DNA of 64,000 nucleotides from Octopus vulgaris. Lineage: Eukaryota. The notes under the pieces were generated by a model that saw only the letters and a list, made by a program, of their open reading frames with translations, searched no databases and was not told where the DNA came from. Each line of letters opens with the position of its first letter. The stretch's first letter is position 1. Location of the stretch: contig OX597820.1 of assembly GCA_951406725.2 (NCBI GenBank), positions 4,588,001-4,652,000 of the forward strand, written 5' to 3'. The translations under genes were made by a program, and so were the position numbers. Shown here piece after piece: positions 25,440 through 38,361 of the stretch.

Positions 25440-26812
25440 TAAACCAGAACATTCCGTTGCTGCTAACGTCGGTCGGTCGTCGACAGAAATACTCAGCAGT
25501 TTTTGTCTTTTTAACATTTCCAACAATCTCCCGCCTCCTTTTGTTGTTGTTGCTGTTGTTGTCGCTGGTATTTTTCTATCTTTCAACTTTCTTCTTCTTC
25601 TTTTTTGTCTTCTTCTCCTTCTTCTTCTTCTCCTTCTTCTTCTTCTCCTTCCTCTCCTTCTTCTTCTTCTTCATAATATTTACATTTTTCTCATCTTTTC
25701 TCTGACTTTATTCTTCTCTCTCCCAACACCCCCACTCCACCCCCGTCGCTTTCCATTCTTCATCAATCTTCAACCCTTTTATACCCCCACCCCATTCTCC
25801 CTCCCCCCTTATCTTGTCATTCTTTATTCATCTCATTTCTTTTTGTTTTATTTTGTCATTATTTTCTTCTTTTTTTTTTTTTTCTCCTTTACCTCTCTCA
25901 TTTGTCTCCCTAAAATCTAAGCAGATTAACAACAAAAACCTCAACTACTTCATCTTTTCTCTCTTCCTAATTTATTTTCTGTCACCTTTTCTTGTTCCTT
26001 CTCTTCTTTATTTCTTCATTTCATTGATTTCTTTTCTTTTTTTTTATATATATATATATATATATATTTTTTTGTTCTTTTTTGCTTTTTCTTGTATGTC
26101 TCCAACCCCCAAAATTGTCCCTCATGGAAAAGGCACAATTTTTCTCTCCTACAAATTACAAATGTCGTAGCAGAAGATTGATAGCTTTTCATTGACTGCA
26201 TATCTTCTTCTTGCCCTTCTTGTAACAGCAACATTCCAAATCAGAGGAGCAGAACTTCTAACCCTAATCCTTATCTAACCAACAATTCCCCCACCCCCCC
26301 ACCCCACCCCACCCCTGCCACTGCCTCTCCAAACATCTTTTTCATCTTTTGTCCGTCTTACATTTTATTTCATGCAATATTTTCCATTAAGATTTACACA
26401 CAACTTTCTTGTGGCCATTCAAGTAATGATAATTGACACGGTTGTTCTTGTTGGTATGTTTTTTTGCTGTGGCCCCCTTTTTTCGTCTGAGAAATTGTAA
26501 CCCTTTAATGACTGTAAAAAATCCCACTCGATCGCACCATGTTGTCACCTTGACATGTTGTGAAAGATTTACATCGTCCACAGAACACAGCATCTCTGAT
26601 CTCACTGGCTGCTTAACCAATTCCAACCACACCAATAACAAACATTTCTAAGTCTGTTCCATTTCACGGCAAACAAGGCAACAAGAAAAAAACAAGGTTG
26701 ACAATAAATGAGTTGCTGTTGTGCTTTGACATAACAATTTCATTATTACACAACTCCTCCTACACCTCATCGACTGGTTTTAGCAAAATATAATAATGAC
26801 GCCAGTCTGGTT

Positions 26813-27285
26813 GTCGCCTTGGCCAAGTGGTAAAGGAGCTAGTTTTACAATCCATGTCCCAGGATCAATTCCACTGGCAGAAACATTAGCATGCTGGGCA
26901 AAATGCTTAGCAGTATTTTGTCTGCCGCTACGTTCTGAGTTCAAATTCCGCTGAGGTCGACTTTGCCTTTTATCCTTTCGAGGTTGATAAATTAAGTACC
27001 AGTTACACACTGGGGTCGATATAATCGACTTAATCCATTTGTCTGTCCTTGTTTGTCCTCTCTGTGTTTAGCCCCGTGTGGGTAGTAAAGAAATAGGTGT
27101 TTCGTCTGCTGCTATGTTCTGAGTTCAAATTCTGTCAAGGTCGACTTTGCCTTTCATCCTTTCGGGGTCGATTAAATAAGTACCAGTTATGCGCTGGGGT
27201 CAATATAATCGACTCAATCCGTTTGTCTGTCCTTGTTTGTCCCCTCTGTGTTTAAGCCCCTTGTGGGTAGTAAAGAAATAGGTAT
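26813..27285 (+). mobile_element. Chimeric SINE: different tRNA-like head plus tandem family B dimer
   Basis: A-box TGGCCAAGTGG and B-box GGATCAATTCC, joined at CTG to family B. A second, 5'-truncated B unit starts at ~27097. Confidence 0.75.
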
Positions 27286-27299
27286 CTTGGATAAGCTAG

Positions 27300-27570
27300 G
27301 ATATAAAAGGATAAAGATCCTTCCTGTCTCATATAAACTTGTTGAGCTGGTTTCCTGATGTTTGTGGCGCATACATTCACCCCTAGTTGGAATGGGCTAG
27401 GGTTAGTCTGTCGCAGGGTTACCCCCTGTTGCCAGCTGCGTGGACTGGAACAATGTGAAAGTAAAGTGTTTTGCTCAAGAATACTATGCATTGCCCAGTC
27501 CAGAGATTGAACCCACAATCTTCTGATCAGGAGGAGTCCAACAGCCTAATCACTGAACCATGCACCTCCA
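27300..27570 (-). mobile_element. Family G tRNA-derived SINE (CORE/V-like)
   Basis: Minus strand reads GGAGGTGCATGGTTCAGTG head, GGTTCAATCTC B-box, TTCTTGAGCAAAACACTT and GGTAACCCTGCGA. Partial copies at 19920-20035 and 21100-21215. Confidence 0.65.
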
Positions 27571-27970
27571 CCATCTTTGATAAGGGACTTCTACCGTAGC
27601 TAAGGATCAGTGTAAGCCTTACTGAGTGAAAGGGGGTGGACATAAACTGTGTGTTTTGGAAGGGGGTTACACCTGCAAGTCAAGGGCCTGGCCTGGCCTT
27701 GGCACTCGGCCATGCTCTTTCCTCCTGAGAATTATGTTAATGATACATTTGTCTGTGGAGTATTCAGCCACTTTGTATGTTAAAGAATAGGTAGTTCAGT
27801 CGATCAAACAACTGAATTACTATTGCCGTAAACAATAAAGGATCCATTATACACACACACACACACACACATATGCATGTGTGTGTGTGTGTGTTTGGTG
27901 TATTATAATTGTATTGCATCTTTCCTTATTTATATGGGTAATGTATCTACAAGCCCAAATAAATACTCAT

Positions 27971-28022
<52 letters not shown>

Positions 28023-28448
28023 ATGTTAATCAACTTAACTCCCCTACAAAAAAAAATTGCTTTGCTAAAATTTGATACTGTATATAATTACATCTCTCTC
28101 TCTCTCTACACACACACACATATATATATCTACAGACATCTATGTGTATGTGTCTAACTCTCTCTCTCTCTCTCTCCATAAATACTTGTGTGTGTGTGTG
28201 TGTGTTTTACCAATATATTTGAGAATTGGATTAAAATAAGCATTAATTCCAAACAATCTAAGACTGTGTCTTTGGTATTATCTATCAAAAGAAGACTATT
28301 TACTAAATCTAGCACAAAACTCCGCCAGAACTTTTTATGCGGACTTTTTCTAAAGTTGTTCGTCGTATTTTTTTTTTTTATTGTGATTTTCACTGAGTTT
28401 TCTTTTATGTTCGTTTTTATCCTTAATTCAGTGAATAGTTTATTTTAG

Positions 28449-28642
28449 AGAGTGCAGCTATCGTGGATGAAATGTCAGACTTGAAACGTTGGCGTCTGTT
28501 AGAGTCGGCTTTGCATGTCTCTTCTCTCATTTGCATATGTCTTCCACCTTCCATCAACAAAACTCAACTTGACATTTTCTCCACTTTTATTACTTCATAT
28601 CTAATCCACATTTTCGAAGCACGCACACAACTCATTCTCTGA
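28449..28642 (+). CDS. Candidate exon (phase 1: xSAAIVDEMSDLKRWRLLESALHV...*)
   Basis: TTTATTTTAG acceptor after a long T-rich tract and a ~64-codon open frame in unique sequence. No homology recognised. Confidence 0.2.
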
Positions 28643-29303
28643 AAAAACCGTTCATTCTCCGTCTTTCATGCTAATTTTCAAATGTCACAGTGTGTGTGTG
28701 CGTCTACCAAAGTTGTCCGTAACTTCAACACTAGTTCAAATAACTCTGTTTGTTCAGAAACTTGTGTGGTTTCTTTCTCGACTCACATGTTGAAGTTATT
28801 TAAGGCTTCTAAATTTAGTTAGAATTTTCAGCAAAGATTAACAGAAAACCTGGAAACCAAACTAAAAAAACGAGTTTTCTTATATTTAACTAACTCAAGT
28901 GTTTCTCCTTTCTAACAATGGTCTACTCGCCTTATCTGGTTTTATCCGCTTCTTCCACAGAAATGAAATAGCCACCACCATTCTCAGTGAGTCTCTATTT
29001 GGTCTGTCAACCTTCAAGAAATAGCAGTCAAATCTCGCTCAAATCATAATCTTTCTATTTGAACAATGGAAGGACACATTAACATTATTGTTCATAAGTG
29101 CAGCGTCGTGCTTTGTTGCATGTCACTGTTTTAGGATAGACTCTTCTGTGACTGAAGATATTCTTTGTGTTTCATAACCCCCCCCCCTGTCTCCAGTTGT
29201 AGAAACACTGCCAGATCAGTCTGAAGCCTGGTGCAGCCTCCTGGCTTCCCAAACCCCAGTTGAACTGTCCAACCCATGTCAGCATGGAAAATGGACTTTA
29301 GCA

Positions 29304-29350
29304 AAAACTGTCCGACGAACGGCAACGTGAAACTCAGAGTAACAAGTTTT
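29304..29350 (+). ncRNA. Type I hammerhead ribozyme motif, U4C variant, in a Penelope-like repeat (29300-29450)
   Basis: AAAAC-TGT CCGACGA ACG-GCAA-CGT GAAAC TCAGA GTA ACA-A-GTTTT. All three stems pair, the triplet is GUA, and AATAAA follows downstream. Confidence 0.7.
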
Positions 29351-29446
29351 GTTGAATTTTCTGCTGCTTTAAATAAAGCATATTACTCTACCACTGGTAT
29401 TTGAGTACTCTTTTTTCCACCTTGTTTCACATTTATGTGTTTACTC

Positions 29447-29490
<44 letters not shown>

Positions 29491-29494
<4 letters not shown>

Positions 29495-29718
29495 GAAATA
29501 TGTTACAAAAAGAAATATAAAATACACGTCGAAATGTAAGGGGAAAATATGAAAAAATCAATGAAAATGCACATTGTAAATAAAAAAAAGGCTTTTTATG
29601 ACAGGTAATGACAAATATATACATTTAGATCGACTGAGGTAGTCATAAAAGTCATAATTATGAGATGATTATAAAATCAGAAAACAAAGCATACCATGGT
29701 TTCCGCAAAGCTATTCAT
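29491..29718 (-). mobile_element. Penelope-like repeat fragment with the 3' half of a hammerhead
   Basis: Minus strand GAAAC-CATG-GTA at 29692-29703. Flanked by (TA)n on both sides. Confidence 0.4.
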
Positions 29719-30668
29719 ATATATATATATATATATGAAAACTAAAACTTATTCTTTTTATTGATTTCTACCTAAAACAATGATGTAATGTGGGTGTGTG
29801 TGTGTGTGTGATCAACCTTGTTCTGTGCTGTGTGGGTGGGGCTTTGGTATCTCAAAGAATAAATCCACCGTTTCCTCTGCATGTCGTAAGAAGCAACTAA
29901 ATGAAGTTGAGGGAGAGTTTGCACTCTAACTACATAAACCCATCACCAAATCAGGCCCCTGGGTTGGCAGGTTGTTGCCGGAGTGGTGCAGAGGTGTCAT
30001 CTGATTGAACCCCAAACCTTATGGTTGGGAAGCAAAATTCTTGACCACACACACACACACACACGCGGATCTGTTTCATTTTGATATGCTTCATTAAGAA
30101 AGAAACTTGTTGATGTTTAGCCACAGGTCAGCTCTCATTGACCAAACCTCTGATCAAAGATCTTCCAATCATCACTTGTCTGTTATTCAGACACAGTATA
30201 TCTAGGATTACATTATCTAATGTGTCCTTCCTTTTTAAGACAGTAAGTTGTGATTTCAGAGAGATTTGCCTGTCATTTCTAGCAGACCAAATGACCAGGT
30301 AGGGGCAATGGTAGTAGTGGTGGTGGAAGTAGTTGTGGTGGTGGTGGTGGTGGTGGTGGTGGTAGTCTGTTACCATCTTAACTTGTTATCCTAAATGACA
30401 TCTGTTGACTTTCACAGAGAAACATCTTCAAATTTACAGGTGGGGGTGATGTGGGGGGGGGGGGCGGGTAAGGGGGTGACTCCATCTTCCACAGATTATC
30501 ACCTCCTCTGATGCCTCCTCCTCCTCCTCCTCCCTTATGCTAATTCACACATGCATACACACAAATATAAAAATGCATACACACACACACACACACATCT
30601 ATACATTCACATGTATAAAAATACACATACATATATGCTTATATATATAAAAACATCCATTAGTACAT

Positions 30669-30727
<59 letters not shown>

Positions 30728-31179
30728 AGTATAAACATGCAGACACACACACACATGTTTTTCCAAATTTTGTTCAGTGTTTTATCTACTCTTCCCCCTG
30801 CCCCCACCACCATCACCACACACACACACCTCAGACAAAACGGTGACAGTGTGTGGGGTGGGTGGGGGGAGGGGGAGCCGTTCCTGATAACGGGTGGGGG
30901 TGGGGGGGGTTGGAGCTGCAAGTTCGAACATGATGTTACATTTCTGTGTTACATTGACTGAGTAACAGAGGGGCAGCGACACGTTTTATAGCCCTGACAA
31001 CGCCGCTGCCCTCCTTTGTGTGTTACAAATACTTGTGTGGTCTGGCCATGCTGGAGCACCAGGACAGTTTTCTACTGTTTTTACCTACATTCTGTTTATT
31101 TTGTCAGTGGCTATGAACACACACACACACGCATGTATATCTAATGATAACGATGGCAATGATATATATATATATATAT

Positions 31180-31386
31180 AAGGTTAATCCAAACGGGAAA
31201 ACAGAAAAAACAACAACACGTGGAACAATTACAGAATTATTATTATTAGGCGCTCAGGAAAATGGAAGAAGGAGGGTATGACGTTTCGAGCGGAGCTCTT
31301 CGTCGGAAACATAAGAGAAAGAAAGAAAGATCCCGAGACGGGAGGACAGAGGAAAAAAAATTGCAGGTCGTCTTCACGAGGTCACA
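31180..31386 (-). mobile_element. Penelope-like repeat fragment with a minimal hammerhead-like motif
   Basis: Minus strand CCGACGA-A-GAGC-TCC-GCTC-GAAAC-GTC at 31280-31306. Adjacent to (TA)n. Confidence 0.55.
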
Positions 31387-31413
31387 TACTGATATATATA
31401 TATCATCATGATA

Positions 31414-31835
31414 GGTGCAGGCATGGCTGTGTGTTAAGAAGCTTGCTTCCCAACCACATGGTTCCGGGTTCAGTCCTACTGCGTAGCACCTTGAGCAAGT
31501 GTCTTCTACTATAGCCTCAGGCCAACCAAACCCTTGTGAGTGGATTTGGTAGACGGAAACTGAAAGAAGCCCATTGTATGTATATATATATAGATATAGA
31601 TATATATATGCTTATGTATGTGTCTTTGTGTCTGTTTGTTCCCTCCCACCCCATTATCGCTTGACAACTGATGTAGTGTGTTTATGTCCCTGTAACTTAG
31701 CAGTTTGGCAAAAGAGACTGATAGAATGAGTAATAGGCTTACAAAGAATAAGTCCTGAGGTCGATTTGTTTAACTAAAAAGATGGTGCTCCAGTATGGCC
31801 ACAGTCAAATGGCTGAAATAAGTAAAAGAATAAAA
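31414..31835 (+). mobile_element. Family A SINE, full length
   Basis: Head, B-box, CORE-like segment, microsatellite and TAAAAGA tail. Confidence 0.85.
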
Positions 31836-31874
31836 CGTTCATTACATGTCTGTTTTCTGGTATAGATTAGACCT

Positions 31875-32144
31875 CAGGGGTTCTCAACCCTTTTTTTTTT
31901 TTTTATCTATGTACTGCTTTGGTTCCCATTTTATTCTAATGGACCCTCATAGCCATTTGGTGCTTAGAATATAATCCCATTGTTTTCTTATAATTAAACG
32001 TTATTAGGAATTATATTGAAAGTCTGTTGAAATATTTTGTGCTTTGCAGAAGTAGAAACAATTTATTGCAAATTAATTTTAACAACAAAATCCTACGTGG
32101 ACCTGCAAGGGCCACATATGGACAACCTCGGTTGAGGAATGCGG
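31875..32144. mobile_element. hAT-type MITE (same family as 55259-55520) inside a family C copy
   Basis: CAGGGGTTCTCAACC / degenerate GGTTGAGGAATGCGG ends, with near-TSD GATTAGAC / GATGAGAC. Reverse-complement similarity to 55259-55520. Confidence 0.65.
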
Positions 32145-32852
32145 GATGAGACAGTTCAACAGGGACTGGTTCCCCAGACGGCTGCACCAAGCTCCAGTAT
32201 CTGCTTTGGCATGATTCCTGCATTTGGATGCCCTTCTTTGTGTCGACCACTCTACAGAGCATTTTGGGAGCCTTTTACATGGCACCAGCAGCAGTGAAAT
32301 CACTGAGTAACTTGGAAAACCCCTCACCCAAGCGGGAGGAGTAGTACTTAGGGAGGTGGCTTTATGCAAGGTAAAGCATGAGTCAGGCAGAATTTGTTGA
32401 TTCTTTTGTCTACAGCTGGGTGCCATTCCTGTCACCAACCCTCACCTGTTTCCAAACGAGCTAATGTTTTCTCATTTGTAGACATATCTTTCACAGTAGA
32501 CTGAAAACAAACGACCTCACTTGTATGACAAGGATATTTCATCATCATCATCATCATCGTTTAATGTCTGCTTTCCATGCTGGCATGGGTTGGACAGTTT
32601 GACTGAGGTCAGGAGAGCTGGATGCCCTTCCTAATGCCAACTGCTCTGAGAGTATAGTGGGTGCTTTTTACATGCTACCGACACAGGAGCCAGTTGGGTG
32701 GGCCTGGCATCGATCACGTTCGGATAGTGCTTTTTATGTGCCACTGGCACGGGAGCCAGTCAGTGGGTACTGGCATTGGCCATCTTCGGATGGTGCTTTT
32801 TTCAGGTCACTGGCACAGGAACCAGTCAGGCAGTCTTGATTGTCATCATCAT

Positions 32853-33135
32853 CATTATTATTATTGAGTGAGAGAGCAATGCATGCCATCAAAGTGACAC
32901 TGGGATACAAATATATGAAGCCCAGTATACCCATCATGACTACCCGTCTGATAAGGGTACACCAGGCACATGCATCATAACCATATGTGCGCAACATGGT
33001 GACCTCGTATCAAAATAAACAGCACATGACCTTACAGGTGGAGCCCAGTTAGAATTTTCTTCAGCCTGAGTAGCCCATCCTACTCAAAAAGGCCCCTGAA
33101 TAAGGGTTGTTTAAGAATGATGAGCAAAACAACAC
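32853..33135 (-). mobile_element. Family D copy, 5'-truncated
   Basis: Reverse complement of ~3540-3820. Confidence 0.8.
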
Positions 33136-33149
33136 CCCCTTTGTCATTT

Positions 33150-33340
33150 TGTTGCTGTCCCTCTGGTATTGGGATTGCTGGCAACCAAGCAACATCCCAC
33201 AACCTTAGGTGTCTGGCATTTTTCTTGGAAGTTCTTGCTGTACCAAACAAATGGACTTCCTGAAGAATCAGGAAAGCCATCTCAGTATATAAGATCCTTA
33301 ACCAACTTTTTAAGTGTCTTGCAACTCTTGCTTAAAGTTT
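33150..33340 (-). mobile_element. Degenerate R4/Dong-like LINE 3' end
   Basis: ILQEVHLFGTART resembles the IQKIALLGTAYILR terminus at ~60500. Confidence 0.4.
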
Positions 33341-33741
33341 CTATAAAAATTGGGATTATGGTAATTTAATAGCAGTTCTAGTTTTTTCTGAAGTTTGCAT
33401 TTTTGGTTCTGCTGGTTTTCTGTTTTCTTGAGTTCTTTGTCTACCATTCTTGTATCAAAGAGACATAAGAAAATTATGGAACACCAACATCATTGTCATT
33501 GTTATTATTAAGACATTTGTACATTATACAATATTGTGATGTTGGTGACTGAAAATATTGTGTACATTGCATCAAGCAAAATGCTCAGCAGCAGAAGCTC
33601 TTCCGACTTTGTTCTGTGTTCAAATGCTGCTGGGGTTGGTTTTGATCATTAAAATCAATGCAATTTGAACATTGGGTCAATTTAATTGATTTAAACCCCT
33701 CATCTTCCAATTTATAGCCTTCTTTTGCCATAATTTCAAAC

Positions 33742-33773
<32 letters not shown>

Positions 33774-33952
33774 GTAGTAGTAGTATTAGTAGTAGTAGTA
33801 GTAGTTGTAGTAGTAGTTGTAGTATAATCAATAGCATCTACTTTCAGTTCTGTTTCTATTTCTTGCCGAGTGTCTTCTTGACACCTAGGGCAGAGGAATG
33901 TACTGTATACATTTGGTAGGCCATTAAAATAAGCACACCAGAGGGAAAGTCA

Positions 33953-34165
33953 GGCAGTGAGCTGGCAGAAACGTTAGCACGCCAGGTGAAATGCTTAGCT
34001 GTATTTTGTCCAGCTTTATGTTCTGAGTTCAAATTCCTCTGAGCTCAACTATGCCTTTCATTCTTTCGGGGTCGATGAAAGAAGTACCAGTTATGTACTG
34101 GGGTTGATGTAATTGACTTGCCCCCCTCCACCCAAAATTTCAGGCCTTGTGCCTATAGTAGAAAG
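33953..34165 (+). mobile_element. Family B SINE variant
   Basis: A/B boxes and Meta-like domain, with a different 3' tail (CCCAAAATTTCAGGCCTTGTGCC). Confidence 0.8.
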
Positions 34166-34304
34166 GCCCATTATTACTGTTGTGTGTGTGTGTGTGTGCA
34201 TATCCATATATACAGACTTGTGTGTCTATCTCGTTAATCTTGATTAATGTGTGTATCTATGCATTAATTATGCATAAACTGAGATATGTATGTAAGCATC
34301 ATTA

Positions 34305-34343
<39 letters not shown>

Positions 34344-34720
34344 ATCAAAATACTCCAGCCCCACCCCCATTCCCCAAACACTTTGTTTTGAGGTATCATT
34401 CCTTCACCCACCCACCGACCGCCACCCTAAACCCCCTCCTTCTGACCCCTAATCCCTGCCTTCCCATATTTAACGATAATTTTATTGGGGTGGTTCATAG
34501 TTTCAGCCCAAATGTTTCCCCCCCCTTCACGTGTTTGCCTCTTATCACAGCTGCCCTCCCCCCTGCTCTCCCCACTTGCTGTCCCCTCCACCTCCGACAC
34601 TACCCCCTCTCCTCACTCCCCGTTGCTCTCCTTGCCACTCCACCCCCTACTATTGTCTTAAAATATTCTTCAACCTAATACATTGAAATGTCTCGTGTTA
34701 TTGTCCTGTTTCTCCAGTCT

Positions 34721-34762
<42 letters not shown>

Positions 34763-34937
34763 TGCCTGTGTGTGGGTGTGTATAGGTGTATTCATGTGTG
34801 TATGTGTATACACATACACAGATCATGTGCATATACACACATGCATATGCACACACCCATAAATGTGTGTGTGTGTGTGTATATATACATACACGTGTGT
34901 GTGCTTGTCTTTCTCTCTCTCCCCTCTCTCTCCCCCC

Positions 34938-34991
<54 letters not shown>

Positions 34992-35518
34992 TTTGGTCCC
35001 TGTTCTTTGTGAGCATGCCTGGCATTTTGCCACCATCTCCACCCTGCGGTCTCCCACTCTCTCTCTCTCTCTCTCCTCCTGCTCTTCCCTCAGGGTGGGT
35101 ACCGTGTATTTTTTTTTTTGCAGTAAAACACCTGTTTCTGTCTTCATTCCTGATCTTTCTCTCTCCGGCCAGGTAACCTTGTACTTCTTCTTCTTCAGCA
35201 AGACACCTGTATCTGTCTCACTATAACCTTTTCATCATCATTACCTCCTCCAATGCCTTCTCCCCTCTGAAAAGGTTTTTGTCTTGCAAGTTCCTTGGTG
35301 ATCCCATCAGTGCAGGTGCCACTTAAAAAGCATCCAGTCCACACTGTAAAGTGGTTGGCATTAGGAAGGGCATCCAGCTGTAAAAACCAGGCTAAAACAA
35401 TCACAGAAGTTTGAAGCAGGCTTCGTTCTGGCCAGCTCTTGTGGTACTGTACCACCCATGCCAGCATGGAACATGGACGTTAAATGATGATGATATATAT
35501 ATCATGTGTATATATATA

Positions 35519-35705
35519 GGGAGTGTTTACAAAAAAACAAAAGACGAAGACAGGTGGGTTACAAAACAAACAAATGTATTAGTATAACGCTCAGGAATAG
35601 AAAGTCTTTTACGTTTTGAGCCTATGCTCGTCTACAGAAAGGGACACAGAAAAAAAACAAGGAGAGAAAAAATGTGTGTAGTGGCTAACGATCTATCATG
35701 GCGAC
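35519..35705 (-). mobile_element. Penelope-like repeat fragment (reverse complement of 45697-45887)
   Basis: High similarity to 45697-45887. Its hammerhead-like motif is mutated (GAAAC>AAAAC). Confidence 0.65.
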
Positions 35706-36368
35706 TGACTTGGACAGGAGGGTCACACACGAGAGGAAAAGTAGGGGAGATAACAAAGTAAAGATGACCCCCAACATGAAGGTGCGTGTGTGTATAAGAG
35801 AGTATGTATGTGCGTGTGAAAGAGGGCTGGTGGTCTGGACGTGTGTATGTATGTATGTGTAGGGGTGAAAATATATATATATATATATGCATATACACAC
35901 CCATATAATCTGTATGTATGTTAGTTTAGAAGAGTTAAGAGACAGGTCTATCAAGTCAGTTCATTGTTTACTTTTAGATATGTTGTTGGGGGAGGTGTAG
36001 GGATGGTGTTGGAGGTAGGGGTGGGGTGGTGCTGTGCTTTTAGGGGTTCCATCAGGGGCAAAGTTTTTAGTGTGAATATGTTATTGGGTTTATGTAATAT
36101 AATTAACATATGATTAACATATAATTAGGTGTAAGCATGTGTGCAGCTGACGTTTATCTTTTGTTTTCTTTTTTCCTTTCTTTATTTGGCCCTGTCTGGA
36201 GAAACCGTCAGTGCCCATGACCTGACCTGACCTGACCTGACCTGACCTGACGTGCCCAGGGTTACAGAGACTGGTTACATTGATGCTGTATTTGATGTCC
36301 AGCACTTTTACTTTTTATTTTTTAAGCCTTGTACTTATTCTATCGGTTTCCTTTGCCGAACAACTAAG

Positions 36369-36603
36369 ATACCTATTTCTTTATTACCCACAAGGGGCTA
36401 AACACAGAGGGGACAAACAAGGACAGACATAGGTATTAAGTCGATTACATCGACTCCAGTGCGTAACTGGTACTTAATTTATCGAGCCCGAAAGGATGAA
36501 AGGCAAAGTCGACCTCGGCGGAATTTGAACTCACAACGTAACGCAGACGAAATACCGCAAAGCATTTCGCCCGGCGTGCTAACGGTTCTGCCAGCTCACC
36601 GCC
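36369..36603 (-). mobile_element. Family B SINE nested inside a family A SINE (36305-36705)
   Basis: Family A sequence (TTGCCGAAC..CTAAG | AAACATACCAACACCGGTT) is interrupted by a full family B copy. Confidence 0.8.
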
Positions 36604-36642
36604 TTGAAACATACCAACACCGGTTATCAAGTGGTGATAGGG

Positions 36643-36676
<34 letters not shown>

Positions 36677-37883
36677 CATACATACACATGGAGGGCTTCT
36701 TTCAGAACGTAGCGACGGGAGAAATACTGCTAAGCATTTCGTCTGGCATGCTAAAAACATACTAATACCAATTTGTGGTGGGGGACAAACACACACACAC
36801 ACACACACGCACACATCCTAATGCCAACCACTCTGAGAATGTAATGGGTGATTTCACGATTTCACGTATGGCAAGGGTGTCCTTTGCATGACACCAGGGT
36901 GTCACCGGCATGGGTGCAAATAATATTTGATTATAAAAATGCAATAGGACATTTTAAACATGGAATGGTGATGAGGGTCTGCTCAAGTGAAAGAGGACTC
37001 AAAGGTAAAAAGTGGTTGACAACCACTAGTGTAGGGGGTAATCTGAAATCTAAAAGGGAGATAACTCCAATTAAATGAGTTGATCAAAATATTGTAGGCT
37101 GCAGAATATCAATAGATGATGTGTCATTTAATGTCCACTTTCCATGCTGGTACGAACTGGACAGATTAACAGAAGCTGACAGACCAGAAAACTGCGCCAA
37201 ACTTCACTATCGGCTTCAGCATGGTTTCAATGGCAGGATACCATCCCTAATGCCAACCACTTTACATCATGGACTGGGGGGGGGGGGGTTAAATGGCATC
37301 AACACACACACACACACACATATTTGTATATGTATGACGAGCTTCTTTCAGTTTCCGCCTACCAAATCCACTCACATGGCTTTGGTTGGCCCGAGGCTGT
37401 ATTAGAAGACACATGTTTGAGATGCCATGCAGTGGGACTGAACCCTGAACCATGTCGTTGGGAAGCAAGCTACTTACCACACAGCCATGTTTTTCTCGCA
37501 TCATATTAATGCCTATGTTAGTTTGTAATTCTCCAGCTAATCCACCTTTCGTTTTACCGGATTAATTCATTGATAGGACTGGATAAAGATTATTGTCTGC
37601 TGGAGTTTAATTCCGGATGGAAGTGGGGAACTGTTTGTCTGTGTATGTCTCTTTAAGTATAACTCCCTTTATTCCACATGCCCACCCCCACTGAGGGATT
37701 GGAAAAGATATAAAAGACACCGTTTAAGTATTTCCCCCCACTCTCCTGAAAAACTGTTGCTGTTGTTGCTTCAGGTCAGTCCTTATCTAATTGACCTCTA
37801 ATCAAGCACATTCCGGCTGTGACCATTCCATCAAATACTCTATCTAGGACTACATTACTTGATGTATCTTTTGTGTGATTAGA

Positions 37884-38280
37884 GGCACAGGCATGGATGG
37901 TAAGAAGCTTGCTTCCTAACCACATGGTTGCAGGTTCAATCCCACTGCATGGCACCTTGAGCAGGTTTCTTCTACTATAGCCTCAAGCCAACCAAAGCCT
38001 TGTGAGTGGATTTGGTAGATGGAAACTGAAAGAAGCCTGTCGTATGTATATGTGTGTGTGTATGTATTTGTGTCTGTGTTTGTCCTCCCTCACCATCGTT
38101 TGACAACCGATATTGGTGTGTTTACATCCTCGTAACTTAGCAGTCCGGAAGAAGAGACTAATAGAATAAGTACTAGGCTTACAGAGAATAAGTCCAGGAA
38201 TCGATTTCTTCAACTAAAAGGCAGTGCTCCAGCATGGCCACAGTCAAATGACTGAAAAAAATAAAAGAGTAAAAGGGTAA
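37884..38280 (+). mobile_element. Family A SINE, full length
   Basis: Same structure as the other family A copies. Confidence 0.85.
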
Positions 38281-38320
38281 TACACAATATATCTTGAAAA
38301 CCTTTTAAAAACAATTCTTC

Positions 38321-38321
<1 letters not shown>

Positions 38322-38361
<40 letters not shown>

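Noticed and set aside
26813-26875. tRNA gene
   Set aside because: A and B boxes are present but there is no complete cloverleaf. It is a SINE head, as are the family A, B and G heads.
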